Notes under the pieces: generated by a model
Database searches by the model: none
What the model was told of the DNA's origin: nothing
What the model saw: the letters and a program-made list of their open reading frames with translations, nothing else
Source: a virus
Strand: one strand, 5' to 3'
IMG/VR virus record: IMGVR_UViG_3300028008_000050
DNA: 35,472 bases
Translations under genes and position numbers: made by a program
Shown here: positions 6,352-13,796 of the stretch, piece by piece
How the letters are laid out: each line of letters begins with the position of its first letter
How positions within the stretch are numbered: the stretch's first letter is position 1

Positions 6352-6380
6352 ACTATATAGCATGTGTTCGGCTTAGTCAA
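6352..6380 (-). promoter_or_regulatory. sigma70-like promoter (minus strand) for the tRNA-Gly/Thr pair
   Basis: Minus strand TTGACT-aagccgaacacatgcta(17)-TATAGT. The -10 ends 19 nt before the tRNA-Gly 5' end. Confidence 0.6.
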
Positions 6381-6439
6381 TCTCTTTATGAACAAGTTTG
6401 TTTATTTCTTTACTAAATACAACATAGGAACTGGATAAT

Positions 6440-6715
6440 ATGAGAAAACGTACAAGATCAATACTAGAAGAACTTAGTAGCTTTAGACAAACTACAGACA
6501 ATGAAGCACTCGTACAAACTACGGGTAATAACCTTATTGAAAGTTCTATTAACTTACTTAATCGCATTGCAGAACAATACGATGCTGAAACTGCTTCGGA
6601 CTTAGAAAGACGATTCATTAACAGTATACGTAGTGGCGACCCTCGCAAGTTCAAACGTGGTGTAGATAAAATTGTTGAATCACGCAACAAAAAGGATACA
6701 AACAATGATTCTTAA
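6440..6715 (+). CDS. hypothetical protein (91 aa)
   Basis: ORF with an AGGAA-like SD. It overlaps the next gene by 11 nt. No recognisable motif. Confidence 0.5.
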   Translation: MRKRTRSILEELSSFRQTTDNEALVQTTGNNLIESSINLLNRIAEQYDAETASDLERRFINSIRSGDPRKFKRGVDKIVESRNKKDTNNDS

Positions 6716-7409
6716 TGAAGGCGGAAACATATTCAAAGATCCAGAGACTAAAGAACCTGTAACACAGCGTATCAATCAAGCTGACGTTGATCCTACACTT
6801 GCATGGTTAGAAAAGATTACAGGACTACCACATAAAGATTTTAAATTAGGTAGCACAGGAATTAGAAGTACAAGTGGCGATATGGATATTGCTGTTAACC
6901 AAGATGAAGTTACCAAAGATGAAATGGTTGCTAAACTTGCGGCATGGGTACAAAAGAATCACCCAGGAGACGATCTTAAAAAATGGATTAGAAAAAGTGG
7001 CATCAACGTACACTTCCTAACTCCAATCAATGGCAACCCTGAAGAAGGCTATGTACAAACAGATTTAATGTTTGGTGAGCCTGAGTTCATGAAGTTCGCA
7101 CTCAAAGGCAGTGGCGACAACACACCATACAAAGGACAACATAGAATGATCCTTATTAGCAGTATTGCTAAAGCACAAGGATACAAGTTTAGTAGTGGAG
7201 CAGGATTAGTAGATAGAATTACAAATCAAACTATATCTAAAAACCCAGATGAGATTGCAAAAACATTAATGGGCGATACTGCTACAGCAAAAGATATGGA
7301 TAGTGTTGAAACAATCATTGCAAAAATTAAAACAGACCCTAACTACGAAAACTTAGTTAAAGACGCTAGAGACAACTTCGAAAAGAACGGACTAGAGTTA
7401 CCCAAATGA
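6705..7409 (+). CDS. Pol-beta-superfamily nucleotidyltransferase-like protein
   Basis: Start re-set to ATG 6705 (AAGGA upstream; the track start 6672 is a TTG). KLGSTGIRSTSGDMDIAV fits the hG[GS]-x(8-13)-D-h-D-h NTase motif. A later acidic residue sits in VQTDLMF. Confidence 0.55.
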   Translation: MILNEGGNIFKDPETKEPVTQRINQADVDPTLAWLEKITGLPHKDFKLGSTGIRSTSGDMDIAVNQDEVTKDEMVAKLAAWVQKNHPGDDLKKWIRKSGINVHFLTPINGNPEEGYVQTDLMFGEPEFMKFALKGSGDNTPYKGQHRMILISSIAKAQGYKFSSGAGLVDRITNQTISKNPDEIAKTLMGDTATAKDMDSVETIIAKIKTDPNYENLVKDARDNFEKNGLELPK

Positions 7410-8548
7410 GATTTAACGAAATAATAAACGAAGCAGAAGCTCGAATACAACATGCTGAAGACTTAATCTTCTTCCATGGTAGTGCAGGTGCCAAACGTGC
7501 ATTGGATTCAATTGCCAGCATGGGTACAGGAGGACATACTAATGCAACAATTAAATGGGATGGATCTCCCGCAGTCATTTTTGGCCGCGATGAAAATGGA
7601 GAGTTCATACTTACAGACAAGTCAGGCTTTGGTGCAAAAGGATACGACGGCAAATCAAAAAGTGCTGATGACCTTGAGCAAATGTTCCTCAACCGTAGTG
7701 GTGGAAAGAACAGAGATAAACCAGGCTATGTAGCATTCGCAGGTAGAATGAAAGCTCTGTTTCCTATTGCAGAAAAAGCTGTTCCAATTGAACACAGAGG
7801 ATTCTTTAAAGGCGACATGCTTTACTTTGATACACCAACTAACAACAAAGGCGTATTACAGTTTACTCCTAACACAGTAACTTACACAGTACAAGCAGAC
7901 AGCGATGTAGGTAAGAAGATACTAGCAAGTCAAGCTGGTGTAGTTATTCACAGAGTAGTAGATGCGGCAGGTGCTGAAAGTCCTTTAAAAGATTACGACA
8001 TGTTCCAAGGATCAAAACTATTAGTGTTACCTCCAGTAGTTGCACAAACGGCTCCAGAGGTTGACCTAACTAAACTAAAAAGTTTACAAGGTGTTGTTGC
8101 TAAGAATGGTCCTGCTATTGATAGTCTGTTAGACACAGCTACATTACAGCAAATGCAAGTTAGTGACTTTGCACAAATACTTTATGCTTATACAAATAGT
8201 AAAGTAGACTCAGGATTAGCCAACTTAGGTAAAGACTTTGTACAATGGTTAACAACTAGCAAAGTATCTAAGAAGAAACAAGCAAAAATTATTGAGTATA
8301 TTAAAACGCACATGAAGGCGTTTCAGGCAATGTGGCAAACTGTTTCAGGGATAATGGAAGTCAAGGACGATATTATTACACAAATGGAAAGCAAACAAAC
8401 AGACATTAAGGCATCTATCGCAGGGAAGCCAGGTGGCGAGGGCTATGTATTAGCCAACCCAGGCGGCGATATTAAATTAGTAAACCGCTCTGAATTTAGT
8501 AAAGCTAACAGAGCAATTAAACGGGAGAGTAAACATGAAAGCATCTGA
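7406..8548 (+). CDS. ATP-dependent nucleic-acid ligase-like nucleotidyltransferase (KxDG family) lacking an OB domain
   Basis: ATGA overlap with the upstream gene. Motif I is ATIKWDGSPAV. A motif III/IIIa-like FFKGDMLYF is present. Motif IV-like is GEGYVLANP and motif V-like is IKLVNRSEF. Only ~20 aa follow motif V. Confidence 0.5.
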   Translation: MRFNEIINEAEARIQHAEDLIFFHGSAGAKRALDSIASMGTGGHTNATIKWDGSPAVIFGRDENGEFILTDKSGFGAKGYDGKSKSADDLEQMFLNRSGGKNRDKPGYVAFAGRMKALFPIAEKAVPIEHRGFFKGDMLYFDTPTNNKGVLQFTPNTVTYTVQADSDVGKKILASQAGVVIHRVVDAAGAESPLKDYDMFQGSKLLVLPPVVAQTAPEVDLTKLKSLQGVVAKNGPAIDSLLDTATLQQMQVSDFAQILYAYTNSKVDSGLANLGKDFVQWLTTSKVSKKKQAKIIEYIKTHMKAFQAMWQTVSGIMEVKDDIITQMESKQTDIKASIAGKPGGEGYVLANPGGDIKLVNRSEFSKANRAIKRESKHESI

Positions 8549-8942
8549 TTTTGATAGCGACTTCGCCGACATGAAAAAAGGGTTTGACCCAGCGGACGAT
8601 GATAATGCAGATATGGATAAAGAATTTAAGCAAATGCCAATGATTACACAGATTGGTAAGATTTTAGATTCAAGAGGTAACCCTAATCCAGTTACACATT
8701 TAACAAGTGAAACTGGCAAGAAATACAAAGCTAGTGTTACACATGCACAAACACTTAAAATGATGTTAACAACTGATGCAGTTAAGCCTGCAATCAAACG
8801 TGAGTTTACATTAGACATTGCACAAGACGAACTGTTAGGTAAAATGTTAAGTGCTAAGAGTCAAGAAGAAATGGTCAACATCTTTAAAGACAAGTATATG
8901 AAAGATGGTGGCAACACAGAACGCAGAAGTAATTACGCATAA
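8535..8942 (+). CDS. hypothetical acidic protein (135 aa)
   Basis: ORF overlapping the upstream stop by 14 nt. No recognisable motif. Confidence 0.5.
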   Translation: MKASDFDSDFADMKKGFDPADDDNADMDKEFKQMPMITQIGKILDSRGNPNPVTHLTSETGKKYKASVTHAQTLKMMLTTDAVKPAIKREFTLDIAQDELLGKMLSAKSQEEMVNIFKDKYMKDGGNTERRSNYA

Positions 8943-9814
8943 TGGAACTTAACTTTTTAACAGAACTACACGAAGCGAGGATGACTCGCAACACGTCTGA
9001 TAACTCTAAATTAAGTTATACAGATTGTTGTGAGCGTCTTTACTTGATGACATTAGTGTTAGAACTGTTAAGAAAGTTTTCAGAGTTCAATGGTACCGTA
9101 GCAGGATACGCAACAAAGACTACACAGAATCAAAACTATAGACAGTTTAGGATGCATGGCACTGATCTCTATAACTTAATATATTTTGTTAGTGGAGACG
9201 ATGATGCAATGATGAAACTCAAAGACTTTGAAAGTGCAAAGAAAGTTAGAGCTAGTACATTTTTACCTGTAATGGGATTAAACAGATGGCTAATAACTTT
9301 AAAAGGTACAAGCAAAACATCAGGCAGTGAAATGCTTATGTCAATTGAACGTGCTTGTAAAATTACTAATACTGATTACAAAACAATTAGACGAGCAGTA
9401 ACTAATTGGGATAGGCTTAGTGGCGCAGATAAAAAGAAATGGGTAACTAAACTATTACTTGCTTCAAGAGCTAAACTTCGTAACAGTGATATTATTATGT
9501 ACCTTGAAGAACTAGCAAGAAAAGCTAACCTTGAAGATACTAAAGTAAAAGACAACGAACCTACAGTAAGTAAGCCAGACATGGTTCCAACTACTGCACA
9601 AGACCTAGCACTATACAGATACATTGTTGGTGCAAAGAACGTAATGGGAACTAAAAAGTTTTTAGATGCGGCAAAGAAAGGTCAAAGTATGTCACCTGCA
9701 TTCGTTAAAGCATATCTACCAGCAGTAGAATTAATAGACGATATCGTAAAAGCAGGCCCAGGATACATACAAATGCTACGAGCATTGCAAAAAAGAGCTA
9801 AAAACAGCCGATAA
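8942..9814 (+). CDS. hypothetical protein (290 aa)
   Basis: TAATG coupling to the upstream gene. Long uninterrupted ORF with no recognisable motif. Confidence 0.6.
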   Translation: MELNFLTELHEARMTRNTSDNSKLSYTDCCERLYLMTLVLELLRKFSEFNGTVAGYATKTTQNQNYRQFRMHGTDLYNLIYFVSGDDDAMMKLKDFESAKKVRASTFLPVMGLNRWLITLKGTSKTSGSEMLMSIERACKITNTDYKTIRRAVTNWDRLSGADKKKWVTKLLLASRAKLRNSDIIMYLEELARKANLEDTKVKDNEPTVSKPDMVPTTAQDLALYRYIVGAKNVMGTKKFLDAAKKGQSMSPAFVKAYLPAVELIDDIVKAGPGYIQMLRALQKRAKNSR

Positions 9815-9836
9815 TCCATCCATTTTCCTAAAACGG

Positions 9837-9843
9837 ATAAATA
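9837..9843 (+). promoter_or_regulatory. late promoter-like motif ATAAATA
   Basis: cgGATAAATAaa lies 81 nt upstream of the 9924 ATG in a 109-nt intergenic region. Confidence 0.4.
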
Positions 9844-9923
9844 AAAGTAACCACAATACACGAGAAAAAGTGTGTGGCCATTAGAGCCGAGGGAAACCTC
9901 ATTTATAACATAGGAGAAATAAA

Positions 9924-10262
9924 ATGGCTGGAGTAGCAAGAACAACTGGACTAGGACATGCACACGCAACGTTATATAGTACAGCAAATTTAGGATTTTA
10001 CGTAGTTGACGCAGGAGCTTCATTAGCGGCTGAAGGCGGAATTGGTAAAGCATTAGAACTAATTGCACAAGCAATTAACCCAATCGCAATGAACAGTGAA
10101 GGTACTGCTGGATTGTTAAACATTGTAGTTGACGACACACAGTGGGACGCGGCTTCTTTACAAGCGGCAATCAGACACTTAGGTGCGGCGGCTGGATCAG
10201 GCGACTATGACGCGACTGGTGCAACTGTAACTGCAGGTGGACAATTCATCGTAAGTGCATAA
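9924..10262 (+). CDS. small Ala/Gly-rich protein (112 aa), probably highly expressed (virion or decoration protein?)
   Basis: Strong SD TAGGAG. It has its own upstream late motif and a strong terminator immediately downstream. It is visibly more GC-rich than its neighbours. Confidence 0.6.
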   Translation: MAGVARTTGLGHAHATLYSTANLGFYVVDAGASLAAEGGIGKALELIAQAINPIAMNSEGTAGLLNIVVDDTQWDAASLQAAIRHLGAAAGSGDYDATGATVTAGGQFIVSA

Positions 10263-10290
10263 TAGTACTAACGTAAATTAAAACTTAGAA

Positions 10291-10320
10291 AGGGCTCAGT
10301 TTTTACTGGGCCCTTTTTTT
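10291..10320 (+). terminator. rho-independent terminator
   Basis: AGGGCTCAG-ttttta-CTGGGCCCT followed by T7. Confidence 0.8.
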
Positions 10321-10326
10321 ATGGCC

Positions 10327-10333
10327 ATAAATA
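10327..10333 (+). promoter_or_regulatory. late promoter-like motif ATAAATA only 5 nt from an ATG
   Basis: ccATAAATAgatgcATG; no SD lies between the motif and the ATG at 10339. Confidence 0.35.
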
Positions 10334-10338
10334 GATGC

Positions 10339-10743
10339 ATGGACACATTCATCATTGAAACACTCGTAGACATAACCAATACTGGATTGAACAAGTTCAA
10401 AACTGAAGATCGTCATTTGATTAATCAACAGTCTAACTGGAATACAGCACAGCAAGTTATGAGTATGAGAGCAAACATATACTTTGATACAAAGCCCACA
10501 GTTGAAAAAAGAGATATTAAAGACTTTGGTACAGCGTTTAAGGGCAAACATAATGTATGGTCGTTTCGTTTTGATGTTGAACAAGAAGGTGCCCTAAGTG
10601 TTGATGCACTAAAAGATGACTTTGATTTAATACCAGTTATACCTGGTTTAGATAGCACAATTACTATAAATAATAGTGCGTTCAGAACAAAAGATTCAGA
10701 GCGTATTAATATTATTTTTAAAGTAGTAGATAAAGACGTATAA
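10339..10743 (+). CDS. hypothetical protein (134 aa; alternative start 10321)
   Basis: ORF 10321..10743. The first ATG lies inside the terminator T-run, so the in-frame ATG at 10339 is preferred. Confidence 0.5.
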   Translation: MDTFIIETLVDITNTGLNKFKTEDRHLINQQSNWNTAQQVMSMRANIYFDTKPTVEKRDIKDFGTAFKGKHNVWSFRFDVEQEGALSVDALKDDFDLIPVIPGLDSTITINNSAFRTKDSERINIIFKVVDKDV

Positions 10744-10750
10744 ACTGCTA

Positions 10751-10757
10751 ATAAATA
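10751..10757 (+). promoter_or_regulatory. late promoter-like motif ATAAATAC
   Basis: ctaATAAATACta lies in the 117-nt intergenic region upstream of the 10861 gene. Confidence 0.4.
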
Positions 10758-10860
10758 CTATAGTAAAAAGGCACATATAACATCTCGCATATAAACACAT
10801 TAGGCTAACAGAAAAGTTTACTAATCACCATTTGAGCAATGGGTTTAAAGGATAAAATAT

Positions 10861-11094
10861 ATGGCAACGCCGTTAGAAAAAAAGAACTTAGAAGCACACG
10901 TTGATTTGTGCGAACAACGATATATACGTTTAGAGTCACGTTTAGCCAGCGTTGAGGACAAGCTAGAGCATGTCCATAATGATATTACACATGGCAACAA
11001 AGCTATGTTTAAAGTTTTAATTGGTGCAACAGGAACCATTGTTGCAGGACTACTTAGTACTATTGTAGTCATACTAATGAACTTTACCAACTAA
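10861..11094 (+). CDS. C-terminally membrane-anchored coiled-coil protein (77 aa)
   Basis: AAAGGA SD. The N-terminal half is heptad-like and the C-terminal TM segment is VLIGATGTIVAGLLSTIVVILM. Confidence 0.55.
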   Translation: MATPLEKKNLEAHVDLCEQRYIRLESRLASVEDKLEHVHNDITHGNKAMFKVLIGATGTIVAGLLSTIVVILMNFTN

Positions 11095-11116
11095 TTACAC
11101 TTCCCTACTTACATAG

Positions 11117-11123
11117 ATAAATA
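11117..11123 (+). promoter_or_regulatory. late promoter-like motif ATAAATAC only 5 nt from an ATG
   Basis: agATAAATACacgtATG; there is no SD before the ATG at 11129. Confidence 0.35.
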
Positions 11124-11128
11124 CACGT

Positions 11129-11413
11129 ATGCTGATACGTGAAGTCACATCAATAGACGAAAAACAAATTTGGGCACGTTCTGGAAAGAAAGTAGTCCGC
11201 AAGTACCGTTGTACCCAAGGTCCTCGTAAAGGACGTATAGTGAAGAAGATGTCGCAATGTTTTGCGGCACCTAATATTAAAGCAAGAATTAACATGAAAC
11301 GCTTACGAGCTAAGATAGGCGGCAAGATGATGCGTAAGGCTCGCAGAACTAAACGTGTTAATCCTGTTTCACGCAGAGTACAAGCGTTAAATAAAGCTGG
11401 ACGCAGAAGATGA
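11129..11413 (+). CDS. highly basic small protein, paralog A (RKYRCTxGxRKGRIV motif)
   Basis: 94 aa, Lys/Arg-rich. It aligns from residue 1 with the next gene: IW..(S/K)GK.VRKYRCT.G.RKGRIV.K...C and R(R/S)TKR. Confidence 0.6.
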   Translation: MLIREVTSIDEKQIWARSGKKVVRKYRCTQGPRKGRIVKKMSQCFAAPNIKARINMKRLRAKIGGKMMRKARRTKRVNPVSRRVQALNKAGRRR

Positions 11414-11739
11414 AGATAGCAGAGATTAAAGAAGGCGTTATCGGCATATGGGGCAAGACAAAAGGCAAGTTAGTACGTAAATACAGATGTACAAGCGGAA
11501 CACGTAAAGGGCGTATTGTTGCTAAGCCGGCAACATGTAACGCAACTAAAAGAGTTGGAAGTGCGTTAAATATTAAACGTGCTAAGGCTAAAAGAGGTAG
11601 TACAATGCAAGTCAGATCCTCTCGTACTAAACGTGCAAGTGGATTAAGTAAGAGAGTTGCTGGGGCAAATAAGCCACAGTCACAAGCAAGGTATAAAAAG
11701 CCTACAAGAAAAAAGAGTTTTAAAAAGAGATCTAAATAA
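11410..11739 (+). CDS. highly basic small protein, paralog B
   Basis: 109 aa. ATGA overlap with paralog A, the same conserved core, and a K/R-rich tail. Confidence 0.6.
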   Translation: MKIAEIKEGVIGIWGKTKGKLVRKYRCTSGTRKGRIVAKPATCNATKRVGSALNIKRAKAKRGSTMQVRSSRTKRASGLSKRVAGANKPQSQARYKKPTRKKSFKKRSK

Positions 11740-12197
11740 TGAGAGCAGACGAGTTTACAAAACCAAAACAAGAACAACAGGTTGTTGAAGTAGTTCCGGC
11801 TATTGCGGCGGCAGTTGGTAGAGTCGGTGCTCAAATGGGTACAGCGGCCGCGAAGGCCGGTATGAAAGTTGCTACTGCTGGAATGAAAGCAGGTGCTAAA
11901 GCTGGAGCCAATCTAGCTAAAGGTGCAGGTAAAGCGGCAATGAAATCAATTGGCAAGGCACAGGCTAACATAACAAAGAGCATACTTAAAAAAGGTGCCA
12001 AGTTAGCAATGCCAACAGCAGGGCCAGGTGGCAAAGAACAAGAATTTGATATAGATGACGTCCAAGGCGATCAAGTCATCTTAAAGAATCCAAAACCAAA
12101 AGCAGGTGAACCACAGTCGTTTGTCTATAACAAAAAAGACTTAGACGATGTAGTAAAACAAAAAGCTGATGCAATAGCACAAATGGGTAAAAGTTAA
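11739..12197 (+). CDS. Ala/Gly/Lys-rich low-complexity protein (152 aa)
   Basis: TAATG coupling. It contains a repetitive AKAG(M/A)K-type segment and has a more ordinary C-terminal third. Confidence 0.55.
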   Translation: MRADEFTKPKQEQQVVEVVPAIAAAVGRVGAQMGTAAAKAGMKVATAGMKAGAKAGANLAKGAGKAAMKSIGKAQANITKSILKKGAKLAMPTAGPGGKEQEFDIDDVQGDQVILKNPKPKAGEPQSFVYNKKDLDDVVKQKADAIAQMGKS

Positions 12198-12412
12198 TGA
12201 AACTAAAACAAGTGCTAGAGGGATTTACAATACAAGTAAGCAATGAGGAACAGGAAATTCTAGATAGAATGACTCATATTACTCCTCTCAATGCTTTTCC
12301 TCAGAGGGAACAATTTATTATTGAGAATTTGATTAGAAAAGCGTTGGTAACAAAAGTTGCTAACAAAGGTATGACAATGGTGATCGCAAATGAACTCGAA
12401 ACGTATAATTGA
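12197..12412 (+). CDS. hypothetical protein (71 aa)
   Basis: TAATG coupling; no motif recognised. Confidence 0.45.
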   Translation: MKLKQVLEGFTIQVSNEEQEILDRMTHITPLNAFPQREQFIIENLIRKALVTKVANKGMTMVIANELETYN

Positions 12413-12818
12413 AGATTTAGATAGTATTATGGAAGAAGGCCTTAATAGGGTACATGTTCCATATGCAAAGGGTAAGAGTGTTCGTATAAAGAACACCGTG
12501 ATTAGACAGACGAAACAAGGATTTTTAGTGTTTGACGTAAAGACACATACAAGAATAGCAGAAACATTTAGTAAGCGTGGAGCCATTGCTTATGCAAAAG
12601 CTCGTGCTAAAGGATATGATGCAAAGTGTAGTGAAATACTAGATTTAGATGCAGGATTAAGCAAACATTACATGGATAGCTTGTTCCATAAGCATAGCAT
12701 TGAACAAACGAACGACGAAATGCGTAAAATGGCGTTAGAAACTAGGTTTGAGATAGCAAAAGACCGTACTTTTCAATATATGGACCAAATCGACAGGTTC
12801 ATCTTTAACGAAGAATGA
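12390..12818 (+). CDS. hypothetical protein (142 aa)
   Basis: ORF overlapping the upstream gene by 23 nt; no motif recognised. Confidence 0.5.
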   Translation: MNSKRIIEDLDSIMEEGLNRVHVPYAKGKSVRIKNTVIRQTKQGFLVFDVKTHTRIAETFSKRGAIAYAKARAKGYDAKCSEILDLDAGLSKHYMDSLFHKHSIEQTNDEMRKMALETRFEIAKDRTFQYMDQIDRFIFNEE

Positions 12819-12824
12819 TAAATA
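12818..12824 (+). promoter_or_regulatory. late promoter-like motif ATAAATA
   Basis: tgATAAATAata lies 24 nt upstream of the 12849 ATG (SD AAGGAA). Confidence 0.4.
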
Positions 12825-12848
12825 ATATTAATGTAAGGAACAACTGAT

Positions 12849-13790
12849 ATGAAACTTAACGATTTGAAAAAACCTTTAACAGCTAATGCTTTAAATGAAA
12901 GCCTAGCTAAAACTTTTGGAACAAGAATTGCTCTTGATAAATTTACTGTGGAGCAACTAGAAGATGCACGTAATAAATTACGTACACAGCTAAGCCAAGT
13001 TGAAACAAGCGAACAGTTTGAAAGCGTACATTCAAGTGATACATATCAGAAAGCTAAAATGTTCCTAGACGTTATCAATCAAGAGATGCTTGAAAGAGAA
13101 ACTGCTAACGAAGCGAAACCAGACTTTTTAGATTTAGACAAAGACGGCGACAAGAAAGAGCCAATGAAGAAAGCCGCAAAAGAAAAAGGCGATTCAAAAG
13201 ATTCAGACTCAAAAGGCTTATCAGCAAAACAAAAGAAACTTCCAGCAGGTTTGCAAAAAGCTATTGCAGGCAAAAAGAAAACTAATGAAGGCGCAGAAGA
13301 AGCGGCCACTTTAGTTATGGCGGCCAAAGACATGGTAGACCGTGTTACAGGTTGGATGGAAGACACAGCAGAAATGCAAACAGAAAGTATGCTAGAACTA
13401 GGCGACAAAATTAGAGATGAGATGGGTTCAGAAGCATCTGAAACATTTATTGGAACTGTAAAACCAGCACTAGAAAATCTTTACACAGTATTTGAAACAA
13501 CCAGAGAAGCATTAACAGGTGGCGTAGCTATCGTAACAGGCGAAGGCGCTCCAGAGACTATGGGAACAGACGTTGAGGCTCCTGCAGAGGACCCAGCTAT
13601 GGAACCAACAGTTGACCAAGACGCCGATGCTGAAGCACCAGTAGATGATGAATTTGGAGCAAGTGAACCTGCAACAGGCGGAGAAGAAATTGCGGACAGA
13701 GGTAAACGAGAAAGTGTTTTACGCTCACGCAGACTAGCTCAGTTATTAACTGATTCAAAAAAAAAGGTAGTACCTCAAGCAAAAAAGTAG
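12849..13790 (+). CDS. acidic coiled-coil protein (313 aa; possible scaffold or assembly protein), zero-frame product
   Basis: Long ORF with a helical N-terminus, a DLDKDGDKKE (DxDxDG-like) segment, and a very acidic Pro/Glu/Asp-rich C-terminal region. It ends shortly after an A9 run. Confidence 0.65.
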   Translation: MKLNDLKKPLTANALNESLAKTFGTRIALDKFTVEQLEDARNKLRTQLSQVETSEQFESVHSSDTYQKAKMFLDVINQEMLERETANEAKPDFLDLDKDGDKKEPMKKAAKEKGDSKDSDSKGLSAKQKKLPAGLQKAIAGKKKTNEGAEEAATLVMAAKDMVDRVTGWMEDTAEMQTESMLELGDKIRDEMGSEASETFIGTVKPALENLYTVFETTREALTGGVAIVTGEGAPETMGTDVEAPAEDPAMEPTVDQDADAEAPVDDEFGASEPATGGEEIADRGKRESVLRSRRLAQLLTDSKKKVVPQAKK

Positions 13791-13796
13791 CTGAGG
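13760..13796 (+). promoter_or_regulatory. candidate -1 programmed ribosomal frameshift cassette
   Basis: Slippery heptamer A_AAA_AAG (13760-13766, zero frame tca aaa aaa aag). A 6-nt spacer follows. Then comes the stem-loop CCTCA(A)GC-aaaaaagta-GCTGAGG (13773-13796). Confidence 0.5.

Noticed and set aside
11358-11834. 158-aa minus-strand ORF spanning the basic-protein paralogs. Further shadows lie at 9682..10074, 13079..13408 and 30535..30987.
   Set aside because: It runs opposite to coupled plus-strand genes with paralog or motif support. The Leu/Phe-rich or Ser-rich translations are characteristic of the reverse complement of Lys/Glu-rich coding sequence.
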